From: a virus
Taxonomy: Duplodnaviria > Caudoviricetes
Length of the DNA stretch: 41,308 nt
Reading direction: 5' to 3' (one strand)
Virus record (IMG/VR): IMGVR_UViG_3300014658_000007
Span: 1 to 41,308 of that record
This document shows positions 15,599 through 23,738 of the stretch, piece after piece (the stretch's first letter is position 1; every line of letters starts with the position of its first letter). Position numbers and translations under genes: made by a program. The notes under the pieces are model-generated. The model worked only from the letters and a program-made list of their open reading frames with translations, made no database searches and was not told the origin of the DNA.

Positions 15599-18500
15599 TT
15601 ACGCCTCTTCGGCTTCGGGCTGCTCGCCATCGAGTTCATCGATAACAGGCACGGCAACGCACCGGCAATTATGCGCTACAATACCGCCGGCCGCATACCA
15701 CCCTACGGCGGTGGAGAGGTTGTAAACCCAGCCATGAAACTGAAGCCTGTCGATGCTGCATACGCGCGCAAACTGCTGGACGCCGGCAAGACCTTGAAGG
15801 AGGTTGCCACGCTGCTTGGCATCAATCCCGACAACCTGAGCAAGAAACTCCGCGCTGTCGGCGTGCGCACCGACAGGCGAGTGGGCGCCGTGCGGCCCGT
15901 GCTCGTCGTGGATATGGCCCCCATCATTGCCGCATACGAGGCCGGCGAGAGCCTGCTCGCCATCGCCAAGCGCACCGGCTTTGACCGCGTGGTGCTCACA
16001 CCCAGGCTGAGGCGAGCCGGTGTGCATATCCGAGGCGGCACCGAGGCCAACTTGCTGCGCATGGCCCGCATGAGCACCAGCGAGCGAGAGGCTCTGACCG
16101 ATGCCGCTCATGCTGCGGTCCGTGGCACCACACGCACTGCAGAGTACCTCGCCTATCGTGCCACCACCAAGGGGCGCCGCATTGGTGCCGGCGAGCGTGA
16201 ACTGCTTGCGGCGCTTACTGCTGCTGGCGAGGTGCCCGAAGGACAGCGGGCGTGCGGCAAGTACAACATCGACATCGCCTTCGGTACCATCGCCGTGGAA
16301 GTCTGCGTTGGCCGAGCGGCGAGGGCAAAGGACGCCATCTACCTCCAACGCTGCAAATACCTCGCTGATAGCGGGTACACGGTCGTGCTTGTGTTCGCAC
16401 GCAGGGCCGATGTCGTCCTCGGCAACCTGTACAACATCGTCCGTGAGTTGCAGCGCGCCAATGGGCACCCAGCCGCGGCGCGTGAGCACCGGGTGGTGAG
16501 GTGTCGCTCGGAGCGTTTTGCCCGTTACCAGAACGAGCGAGGTCAGTTCGCCGTCGTACCAACGCCGGAACGCTTCAGTTACACCGTGAGCGCACTCGAC
16601 CTCGGTGCTTGACGGGAAGCACTGAAAGTCCTCCCCGGGATTGTTCAGTTCGCCATCGCCGGTATCCGGCGGGTCGTCGTAGCTGAATACCTTGCCGTGC
16701 AGCTCGCGGTGCCCAGGCCTGACACGCTCGTCTTGCGAAGTGTTCCACACATACTTGGTGACCCCAGCGGCCTGCTGCCGCGTGCGCGTGAGGTCCGCCG
16801 AAAGTTTCAACGTTTGGTCACGAGCTATCAGCTGCGCCCGGCTCGCGCTCACGGTGCCGCGCAGCTGCAGCGCTTCGGTGACGGTCTCGGGCTCGGCCCC
16901 AGCGCGCAGCGCCGCCAGCCGCTTGGCCCCCACGGCCTCACCCGCCGGCATGCCCTCGTAATCCTCGAGCACCTGGCGCACTTGGCTGAGGTAGGTGCGG
17001 CTGGCGTTGGTGATGAGGGCGACGTTCTCGCTGCGGGCCTGGTCTATGGCCCTCTGCAGCGCGGGCACCTCGCCCACGTGGATGCCCAGCAGCTTGGTGC
17101 CGGTGGCGGTGGTGCGGTGCACCTCGGTGGCCATGCGGTTGTAGGCCTCTTTGACCTTGCCGCGGACCCACTCGGCCGTTTGGCCCTGTAGGCGGATTAC
17201 CCGGCGCTTGGCCTCGCCCGTACCCGGCGCGTCGTGCCGCTCGGTGGGGCTCGCCGGCGCCGCGCCGAGTTCGCGGTGGACGATGTGCAGCACCGCCTTG
17301 TGCAGGGCACCCTGGATGGCCACCAAGTCTGCCACGTACCGAGCCTCGGCGCGCTGGCTGGCCTTGAGGTGCTGCGCCTTGGCGCGCAGCTGGTCATCGC
17401 GCCACCCGGTGGCATAGATGGCGCGCGCCTGCGCCTGAGCTTTGGCCTTGCTCTTGTACACCTTGCCCGTGGTGCCCCATTGGTAGCCGCCAGGCACCGG
17501 GTGCGCGGGGTCCTGGTGCAGCGGCTCAGGCGGCTGCACGAGCCGCAGTACCGGGTGGCTGGCCGCGGCGAGCGCATCGAGTGTGTCGGCGTGGGCCAAA
17601 GCGAGGGCCTCATGCTCGGCCTGCATTGTGGCCATGCTGAGCTGTAGTTCGGCCACAAGCGCCTGCAGTGCATGTGTGCCCGCTGCCTGCTGGCCGAGGC
17701 CACCCAGTGCCTGCAGGCAAGGCCCAATGTGCGGCACGTGCTCGCCTGCCGCAGCCTGCCCGAGGGCTGCGACGGCGCCTGCCGCGGCCCCCGCAAACAA
17801 TGGCGGCACGGCATGGCCAGCCACGCCCTGAGCAAGCCCAGCGAGCCCCTGGCGCGCATACCCGTGAGTGAGCGCCGGCTTGGGCGGGGGCGCCAGCGGC
17901 AGCGGTACAACTGCGGGCGCAGCCATGGGGTGCGCATGCGTGGGCTTTCGCCGTGGCTTGGCGTCCGCACGCGGCGTGCTGGCCTTGGTAGCCGCCTTGG
18001 CCAGCCTGCGGCGCCGCTCGCGCTCTCGCTCGTGGCTTGGGTTGGTAAACGGTTCGTCGCTGCCCGCTGGCGCCCCAGCGGGCCAGTACACGGTGGCGCT
18101 GCGTGAGTTGAGCTGGCCAATGCGCTGGGCTGCAGGGCCCTCAAAATACCCCCCATGGCCGCCGTAAAAACGGCCCACGGCTGCCTGTACGAACCCAGCT
18201 AGCTGCTGCCCGGCTGCGCCCCCAATGTACAAGTACCCATGGGCCGCCTGGGTGAGGCCACCCAGGCGCTGCGCGGCGCCGCCGCCGATGTAGATGTAGC
18301 CCACCGAGGACTGCACCAGCCCACCGAGTACCTGGGTGGCCGTGCCGATGTAGGCCGTGGCGCCGGTAGCGGCCTGGCGCAGGCCTGCAAGGTGCTGCGC
18401 GGTGGGGCCCGAGTAGACAATGGCACCCGCGGCGGCTTGTACGAGCCCAGCGAGGTGCTGCACCACGCTGCCAGCAAACAGCTCGCCGCCTGCGGCAGCC

Positions 18501-19018
18501 TGCACGAGCCCACCCAGGTGCTGCGTGGCCAGCCCGGTAAAGGCCTCGGCGCCGGTGGCCGCCTGCCTGAGCCCACCCAGCACCTGGTAGCTGGTGCCTG
18601 CTGCCGGTGCTTGGCCAGGCGCGTCCGGCACTGCGGCGCGCGGTGGCGGTGCCGGCGGCCAGCTGGCTTGCGGTGCCACTTGCAGCAGTAGCGGCAGCGT
18701 GTACCGGGCCACCGCGGGCGGTGGCAGCGCTGGCCCAGGCCCCTCACGCGGGCCGCGTGGGGCACTGGTAACAGGTGCGCCAGCCGGTGGGGTGCGTGCA
18801 CCTGGGTACCCAGGCACCGCCACCAGCTCGGGCCCGCGGGTACCCGGCGCCGGGAACCACGCAGGTGCAGCAGCAGGGCCGGTGGGCGCCCCATCCCGCG
18901 GGCCGCGCAGTACGAGCCCGGTGGGCGCCCCATCCCGCGGGCCGCGCCCAGGTACGGGCGGCGCCGCCGTGGTAGCGGCGGCCGCCCGTAGCTGGCGCAG
19001 CAGCAGGAGGAGCGACAC
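15599..19018 (-). CDS. MuF / SPP1 gp7-like minor head protein with a long N-terminal repeat extension and an intein
   Basis: RAQLIARDQT, KYVWNTSQDERVRPGH, GKVFSYDDPP; removing the intein restores PGEDFQ-CRC. Confidence 0.85.
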   Translation of the reverse strand: MSLLLLLRQLRAAAATTAAPPVPGRGPRDGAPTGLVLRGPRDGAPTGPAAAPAWFPAPGTRGPELVAVPGYPGARTPPAGAPVTSAPRGPREGPGPALPPPAVARYTLPLLLQVAPQASWPPAPPPRAAVPDAPGQAPAAGTSYQVLGGLRQAATGAEAFTGLATQHLGGLVQAAAGGELFAGSVVQHLAGLVQAAAGAIVYSGPTAQHLAGLRQAATGATAYIGTATQVLGGLVQSSVGYIYIGGGAAQRLGGLTQAAHGYLYIGGAAGQQLAGFVQAAVGRFYGGHGGYFEGPAAQRIGQLNSRSATVYWPAGAPAGSDEPFTNPSHERERERRRRLAKAATKASTPRADAKPRRKPTHAHPMAAPAVVPLPLAPPPKPALTHGYARQGLAGLAQGVAGHAVPPLFAGAAAGAVAALGQAAAGEHVPHIGPCLQALGGLGQQAAGTHALQALVAELQLSMATMQAEHEALALAHADTLDALAAASHPVLRLVQPPEPLHQDPAHPVPGGYQWGTTGKVYKSKAKAQAQARAIYATGWRDDQLRAKAQHLKASQRAEARYVADLVAIQGALHKAVLHIVHRELGAAPASPTERHDAPGTGEAKRRVIRLQGQTAEWVRGKVKEAYNRMATEVHRTTATGTKLLGIHVGEVPALQRAIDQARSENVALITNASRTYLSQVRQVLEDYEGMPAGEAVGAKRLAALRAGAEPETVTEALQLRGTVSASRAQLIARDQTLKLSADLTRTRQQAAGVTKYVWNTSQDERVRPGHRELHGKVFSYDDPPDTGDGELNNPGEDFQCFPSSTEVECAHGVTEAFRRWYDGELTSLVLVTGKTLRATPHHPVLTRRGWVPIGALQLTDDVVQVAEDDIGPACEHKHDRVPAISEVFAALEVDGVLCPRRSANADFHGDGTEGDVDVVLAARPLSFGHLASSSKRRKQFTLAGTNAAPLGGGTIGEVLCSACGATDRSMSGIGQSLSLAGAHAGHAQQVGLGAASDMHTGSPQPGCEHHAVKAGALGDGEQALAGLVCGNDGGHIHDEHGPHGAHSPVGAHADSAEFLAQVVGIDAKQRGNLLQGLAGVQQFARVCSIDRLQFHGWVYNLSTAVGWYAAGGIVAHNCRCVAVPVIDELDGEQPEAEEA
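15673..15719 (+). promoter_or_regulatory. Putative promoter, hairpin and RBS for the antisense gene inside the intein
   Basis: TACAAT at 15677-15682, stem ACCGCCG(15683-15689)/CGGCGGT(15706-15712), GGAGAGG at 15713-15719, ATG at 15734. Confidence 0.5.
15734..16612 (+). CDS. HTH-HTH + Vsr/DUF559-like endonuclease-family protein encoded antisense within the intein
   Basis: Two HTH repeats (KTLKEVATLLGINPDNLSKKLRAVGV; ESLLAIAKRTGFDRVVLTPRLRRAGV), then GERELLAAL...Q...GKYNIDIAF...IAVEV...R.KYL..SGYTVVLV. Confidence 0.75.
   Translation: MKLKPVDAAYARKLLDAGKTLKEVATLLGINPDNLSKKLRAVGVRTDRRVGAVRPVLVVDMAPIIAAYEAGESLLAIAKRTGFDRVVLTPRLRRAGVHIRGGTEANLLRMARMSTSEREALTDAAHAAVRGTTRTAEYLAYRATTKGRRIGAGERELLAALTAAGEVPEGQRACGKYNIDIAFGTIAVEVCVGRAARAKDAIYLQRCKYLADSGYTVVLVFARRADVVLGNLYNIVRELQRANGHPAAAREHRVVRCRSERFARYQNERGQFAVVPTPERFSYTVSALDLGA
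18160..18586 (-). repeat. Seven 21-aa tandem repeats Q-x-L-[GA]-G-[LF]-x-Q-[AS]-[AS]-x-G in the MuF N-terminal extension
   Basis: QVLGGLRQAATG, QHLGGLVQAAAG, QHLAGLVQAAAG, QHLAGLRQAATG, QVLGGLVQSSVG, QRLGGLTQAAHG, QQLAGFVQAAVG at 63-nt spacing. Confidence 0.85.
18879..18947. repeat. Perfect 30-bp direct repeat, 39-nt period (RGPRDGAPTG twice)
   Basis: CCGGTGGGCGCCCCATCCCGCGGGCCGCGC at 18879-18908 and 18918-18947. Confidence 0.9.
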
Positions 19019-19040
19019 GGGTGCCCCTTACCTGCAGCGC

Positions 19041-19835
19041 TCAGCGCTCTACGTACCCGACCTCGACCTCGAAGCTCGGCGCAGCACCCATGGATGCACC
19101 GTAGTAGTACTGCAGGAAGCTGCCGCCAGGCGGCACGCACACGGGGGCGTGTGCCACGCTGCTCACCGCGGGCACCGCGGCGCTGAGCGCCTGCGGCGGT
19201 AGCGGGCCGCCCACGGCGTCGGTGCCGAAGTTGATGATGTACTGGTCGAGCACTACGGGTATCTGCTGCCGCACCAGGCGGTTGCTCAGGATGCGCGCCG
19301 TGCTGCTCGCAGCCACGGCCACGAGGGCGCCTGCATACACCAGGGCGTTCGAGGCCTGCGGGCTCGCCACGTTGGTGGCGTACGGGCCAATAAGTGCCGT
19401 GCTCAGGTTGGTGCCGGCGCCGCCGCTACCAGCCGAGCTGTAGCGGGCCGTGGTGTCGAGCACCGTGGCCATGAATAGAGAGGTAGTGCTCGCCGCCGTG
19501 GCTGTTACCGTGAGGCACGTGTAGTCGAGCCAGATGTTGCGGCCGCCTTGCGGGTTGTTGTTGGTGACAATGAGCACCGGTGAGGTGGCCGTGTACGCAG
19601 CAAGAGAGGTCACGCCAGCGATGCCGGTGCCGATGGTCGGCGTGCGGCAGATGTAGTACGAGCCCTCGTCTGCAAGCACGTGCTGCTTGCTGGTGAGCAG
19701 CTGGCTTATGGCCTCGCCGTACTGCGAGGCGCGGGCGATTACTGGCAGGCCATCCGCCAGCTTGGCGAGGCTGGCGAGCAGGCGGCCGGTCCTGCCCCAG
19801 TTGAGGACGTCGTTATTGGGACCTGTACCGCTCAT
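19041..19835 (-). CDS. Putative virion structural protein (Ser/Thr/Ala-rich, beta-rich)
   Basis: Clean ORF with GGAG RBS in the head operon; composition typical of capsid-associated proteins. Confidence 0.65.
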   Translation of the reverse strand: MSGTGPNNDVLNWGRTGRLLASLAKLADGLPVIARASQYGEAISQLLTSKQHVLADEGSYYICRTPTIGTGIAGVTSLAAYTATSPVLIVTNNNPQGGRNIWLDYTCLTVTATAASTTSLFMATVLDTTARYSSAGSGGAGTNLSTALIGPYATNVASPQASNALVYAGALVAVAASSTARILSNRLVRQQIPVVLDQYIINFGTDAVGGPLPPQALSAAVPAVSSVAHAPVCVPPGGSFLQYYYGASMGAAPSFEVEVGYVER

Positions 19836-19858
19836 GGCTTATGTGCTCCGGTGGGTGC

Positions 19859-20137
19859 TTAGGTGGGGTTGGTGAGTGTGGCGGCATCGTCGCTAGGCAG
19901 CAGGGCACCAGTAGCCTGCGCCTGCAGCGATACGAGCTGGGACAGCAGCTGCACGATCTTTTGGCCGGTGGCCTCCGTGAGCGGGTACACCGCGCGGCCC
20001 TGGTCATCGAAGAGGCTCACGGCCTGTATCTCGGTGCCGCTCGCATCCGAGGGCTGCACCATCTTGAGCGGCAGCGGCGCGGCCGGTATGGCCCCCTGCG
20101 CGGCGGCCGGCTGTACGGGGATGCTTGTCTCGGCCAT
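19859..20137 (-). CDS. Hypothetical (probably virion) protein
   Basis: Tightly packed between two structural-looking genes. Confidence 0.6.
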   Translation of the reverse strand: MAETSIPVQPAAAQGAIPAAPLPLKMVQPSDASGTEIQAVSLFDDQGRAVYPLTEATGQKIVQLLSQLVSLQAQATGALLPSDDAATLTNPT

Positions 20138-20141
20138 GTGG

Positions 20142-20549
20142 CTACTGGCCCACCGGCATCGAGACAGTCCACGAAGTGATGCTCACGGTGCCGCCAGTGG
20201 TGAGGGCCACGTCGTTGAGGTTGAGGTCGCACCCGCTGGTACCCACGCTGCCGTCGATGACGGCCGTCACGCCGTCGCTCTTGTAGGCGCGGAACCACGT
20301 GGCGGTGCCGGTGGCTGCGGCGCTGGCGTTTGTGATGGCGTTGGCCGTGGCCGTGCCACCGCTCGCGCTGGCAAAGGCCGTGGCGCTCAGCGGCAGCGTA
20401 GCGAGCAGCGTTTGCGAGCTTACGGCCACATCCGGCGTAGCCGGCTGGCTGCCCGTGTACAGCTCAATAAAGCCGCTGTTGAGCGTTGCCAGGATGGCAT
20501 TGAGCGCCGCGTTCCAAGCGGCAATACTCGCGTGCGTGTTTGCCGCCAT
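20142..20549 (-). CDS. Conserved small virion structural protein
   Basis: IELYTGSQPATPD...LLATL...TGTATWFR...DGSVGTSG.DLNL, a pattern common in phage structural genes. Confidence 0.75.
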   Translation of the reverse strand: MAANTHASIAAWNAALNAILATLNSGFIELYTGSQPATPDVAVSSQTLLATLPLSATAFASASGGTATANAITNASAAATGTATWFRAYKSDGVTAVIDGSVGTSGCDLNLNDVALTTGGTVSITSWTVSMPVGQ

Positions 20550-20556
20550 GCTGCGG

Positions 20557-20566
20557 GCGAAGGTAG
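20557..20566 (-). promoter_or_regulatory. CTANNTTCG motif (CTACCTTCGC)
   Basis: TACCTT lies 10 nt before the ATG at 20549. Confidence 0.6.
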
Positions 20567-20579
20567 CGCAGCCTTTGGC

Positions 20580-20741
20580 CTAGTAGCCGTCCGGCTTGGC
20601 CTCTGCGGCTAGCGCCTGCACGCACTCGAGCGCCGCGTACCTGGGCGCGGCCTTGTGCTTGGCGCCGTTGGCCTTGTGCGGCTTGCACATGAGGCAGCCA
20701 GCTCGCCTGTTCTTGGGCCTGCCGCGCTTGTGGTGGGCCAT
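20580..20741 (-). CDS. Small basic protein with a CxxC-x-x-H motif (53 aa)
   Basis: MAHHKRGRPKNRRAGCLMCKPHKANG...; TGCTAAGCT extended -10-like box 6 nt upstream; below the ORF-track size cut-off. Confidence 0.55.
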   Translation of the reverse strand: MAHHKRGRPKNRRAGCLMCKPHKANGAKHKAAPRYAALECVQALAAEAKPDGY

Positions 20742-20761
20742 GGCTGCAGCTTAGCACGGCC

Positions 20762-21058
20762 TCAGTACCCGTACGGGTCCCGCGAGCGGCCGAGGACTTC
20801 GCCAGGAACGAAAACGATATCGGCGAAACCCTCGGGCCACTCGCCCGTGCGGCGTGGCCAGCTGATGGGCTTGTCGAGTGTGCGCGGCCCACCGGGGCCA
20901 AAGGCTGCAAGCACACGGGCGCTGTAGTCAGCGCAGGCGCCAGCCGGCACCGCCTCAGGGCGCAGGACCTCGTTGACACCGACGGTCTGCGCCTCGCCGC
21001 ACGATCCGCGCAGGGCGTAGCCGCTGAATGGCACAAGGCGCGAGATCACGGTGCACAC
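20762..21058 (-). CDS. Hypothetical protein
   Basis: Fills the intergenic gap; TACTTT lies 7 nt before the GTG. Confidence 0.4.
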   Translation of the reverse strand: MCTVISRLVPFSGYALRGSCGEAQTVGVNEVLRPEAVPAGACADYSARVLAAFGPGGPRTLDKPISWPRRTGEWPEGFADIVFVPGEVLGRSRDPYGY

Positions 21059-21181
21059 GGCTGAGAAAGTAGCTTGCGCTTGCGTTACATAAGGCGCATG
21101 ATGGGCAACTACGGTGGAGACACCGACAGGAGGCTCACATGGTGAGCACCAAGCGCAAGCCGGCCAAGGCAGCGCCCGAGC

Positions 21182-23605
21182 CTACGCAAGAGCAGCCTCA
21201 TGCACCGCCGCCATGTCTTCGTGCTTGGCGGCGGCTGCGTCCTGCTTGAGGTTGTGCAGCCGGCCAGCGAGGTACCGGTGCGCCTGCGCCGCCTGCGTGT
21301 GCGCCTCGGCGGTGCCGGTGGCGCGTGCGTGCTCGCTCGCGGCGCGGGCCTCGGCGAGCGTCCACTTGCGTGGCCCCCCGTCTGCCTTGGCATTGGCGCC
21401 CGCCCACGAGGGTGCCCGCACGCTGCCCGAGCGCGCCCCGCTCTTGCCCTTTTTCTGGGCGGTATGAAGCTCGTCCCACGGACCGTTTTTCACATGAACT
21501 TCAGCAACATACGCGAGCAGCGGCGCCCCCAGCGCCTCGTGCGCGAGGTAGCGGTGGTGGCCATCGACGATGCGGAGCTTGCTCTCGCCCGGCACTTTGA
21601 CGAGGACCGCAGGCTTGCGGATGCCCTCTGGGTCGCCCTTGAGCGCCAGGCCGACCTTCTGCTTGAAGCTCTCGCTCGTGCCGTCGTGGCTCGCCCGCCA
21701 CTGCGCCCGGTTGCTCGAGTCGATATCTTCGGTGGGCACCTCGAGTGGGCCATCCCAATGCGCCGCCAGCACCCAGCCAAGGTGGCTTGCCGGGTAGTCA
21801 TCCAGCAGCTGCTGGAATACAGCCTTCGCCTGCTTGCCGTCCTGGCGTGTGGCCACAAGCGCGTCGAGCACCAGCAGCGCCGCGCTGTCCTCGGCCGCCA
21901 TGAGGCTGTCCGCCTTGGCCTGCTTGGCCACCTCTGGCTTGCCCGGCTCGCGCCCGGCCTCGCCGCTGCTCGCCGGCGTGCTCTTGCCCAGCTGCGGCAG
22001 CGCCCCGGGGTCGATGTTGGTGCCCGTGGTGCCCATGAGCGGCACGGGCGCCTTGGGGCTGAGCGGCTCGCCCTGCCCTGGGGCGTTCACCGCGGGGCTG
22101 TTCTGCGGCGGCGGCTCGTTCTCGTACGGGTCGAACATGAGGCCCGCCTCGAGCACCTCCTCGCGCGCCTCTACGTCGAGGTTGGGGTACACCTCGGTGA
22201 GGTCCACGGCGACCTCCTCGGGCTTGACCACGCCCACGCCGATGTACGCCACGTCCCGCTGCGCGTTGGCTAGGCGCGTCGTGGCCAGCTCGGCGTCGGT
22301 GGGGCTCTGCAGCGGGCGGAAGTGGATTTTCCAGTCTACCAGCTTGCCGCGCAGCGGGCCCTTCTTGGCCAGCCCCAGCAGCTTCATGACCCGTATGAGC
22401 TTCGGCCCGAGCTCGTTCTTCTGCAGGCTCTCGATGGTGTCGTACCACTTGCGCGTGTCGCTCTCCCCAGTGGCGTTCATGCCCTGAGGCGCCCTGCCAA
22501 AGAGCTCCGTAGCAGGCATGTCGGCGGCCGCGCTGAGGCGCAGCATCATCACCTGCAGCAGCTCCGGGATACCCGAAAAGGGCGTGGGCTGGCGCTCGAA
22601 GCTCTCGGCGTTCTTGCCATCGGGGCCGCCCGCGTCGACGGCAATGCCGCGCACCACCGAGCGCGTCATCTCCATCATCTGCATGCGGGCAAGCAGCGCC
22701 GCGCGCTGGCCAGTGCTCACCGCTTTGATGAGGCCCTGCAGCTTGAACACGCCCTGGCTGGCGTCCTGCAGCAGGTACATGGCCGAGTCGAAGCTCGTGT
22801 CGAACTGCCGCATGGCGTCGTACACGCGCTGCAGCACCGACCAGGACCAGCCCGCGAGCTGCTGGCGCGTCACCACATCCGCCGGGTTGCCGTCAAACCG
22901 GATGACGCGCGACTCGTGCACGAGGCTCACCTGCGCGCCGCGCTGGCGTAGCTCACGCTCGCTGATTTTCTCGACGGGCCCGTGCTCGTTCCAGCCATAC
23001 CCCGCGATGGCATTGCTGATGAGGTAGATTTGGGGCCGGCCGTACTTGTAGCCGGGGCGGCTCGCGGCCATGGCGGCGTACTGGCTCTGCACGTAGCTGT
23101 ACCGCCGGTCCACCAGCGCGAGGCTGTAGAAGTCGCGGATGTTGTTTTCGTTGAGCGGCTCGGTGAGCTCGCCGCCATCGTCGATGGCCATGATGTTGAG
23201 CGCGCCGCCGTACAGGCGCCCCCACCGCGCGCCCTCGCGGAAGTTCTCGTGCAGGTCGAGGTACTCGGTGGCCCAGTCCTCGGCGTCCTTGACCTCCTGC
23301 TGCTTGAGGGGCGTGCCGTTGACGCTGCCCTCGAGCTCCCAGCCGCGGCGGAACTGCTCGTCGACGCGCTTGCTCACAATCTTGGAGGCGATGTCCGAGC
23401 CGTTCATGAGGCTCGTGAGCTCCTGGTCGAGCACCCGGTAGACGGGCCAGTAGTGGGCAGCCTTGCTCTTGTCGATGCCCCATACGCCGAGGCCCGTTTG
23501 CTGGTTCACCCATGCGTCCTGCCGGATGCCTCGGCCACGCTCGGCCCATGTGTCCACCTCCACATCGGTGCCAAAAGGCCGGCCGTACGGGTCGAGTAGC
23601 GCCAT
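21182..23605 (-). CDS. Portal protein (DUF1073 type) with C-terminal ParB/Srx-like and His/Ala-rich extensions
   Basis: DAWVNQQTGLG, RLYGGAL, YGRPQIY, VHESRVIRFDG, MPATELFGRAPQGMNATGESDTRKWYD, FRPL; then PAVLV...IVDGHHRY. Confidence 0.9.
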   Translation of the reverse strand: MALLDPYGRPFGTDVEVDTWAERGRGIRQDAWVNQQTGLGVWGIDKSKAAHYWPVYRVLDQELTSLMNGSDIASKIVSKRVDEQFRRGWELEGSVNGTPLKQQEVKDAEDWATEYLDLHENFREGARWGRLYGGALNIMAIDDGGELTEPLNENNIRDFYSLALVDRRYSYVQSQYAAMAASRPGYKYGRPQIYLISNAIAGYGWNEHGPVEKISERELRQRGAQVSLVHESRVIRFDGNPADVVTRQQLAGWSWSVLQRVYDAMRQFDTSFDSAMYLLQDASQGVFKLQGLIKAVSTGQRAALLARMQMMEMTRSVVRGIAVDAGGPDGKNAESFERQPTPFSGIPELLQVMMLRLSAAADMPATELFGRAPQGMNATGESDTRKWYDTIESLQKNELGPKLIRVMKLLGLAKKGPLRGKLVDWKIHFRPLQSPTDAELATTRLANAQRDVAYIGVGVVKPEEVAVDLTEVYPNLDVEAREEVLEAGLMFDPYENEPPPQNSPAVNAPGQGEPLSPKAPVPLMGTTGTNIDPGALPQLGKSTPASSGEAGREPGKPEVAKQAKADSLMAAEDSAALLVLDALVATRQDGKQAKAVFQQLLDDYPASHLGWVLAAHWDGPLEVPTEDIDSSNRAQWRASHDGTSESFKQKVGLALKGDPEGIRKPAVLVKVPGESKLRIVDGHHRYLAHEALGAPLLAYVAEVHVKNGPWDELHTAQKKGKSGARSGSVRAPSWAGANAKADGGPRKWTLAEARAASEHARATGTAEAHTQAAQAHRYLAGRLHNLKQDAAAAKHEDMAAVHEAALA

Positions 23606-23738
23606 GTGCGGGCGAAGCTAGCTGCGCCACGTTTTACCGGGCTTTTGCCACCGAGCCGCCCACGGTGCGCCCACGCTCGGCCCACCGCGCGGCGGCGTGG
23701 CGGGCAGCGCTCGCCGCTACCTTCGCGCGCACTACCCC
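23606..23738. promoter_or_regulatory. Divergent promoter region between the portal and protease genes
   Basis: CTAGCTTCGC on - (23621-23612) and CTACCTTCGC on + (23717-23726), each just upstream of a start codon. Confidence 0.65.

Larger units (their letters stand above)
15668..16621 (-). mobile_element. Intein (318 aa) in the MuF gene
   Basis: Block A C1-FPSSTEV after PGEDFQ; block B LRATPHHPVLT (TxxH); block F WVYNLST; block G IVAHN followed by the +1 Cys of CRC. Confidence 0.92.

Noticed and set aside
15452-15733. 94-aa N-terminal extension of the antisense ORF given in the track
   Set aside because: It is the reverse complement of the MuF C-terminus and intergenic DNA; the -10 box, RBS and first HTH point to ATG 15734
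18160-18947. Possible CRISPR array or DGR repeat
   Set aside because: The repeats are in-frame coding repeats with 63- and 39-nt periods; no spacers, cas genes or reverse transcriptase
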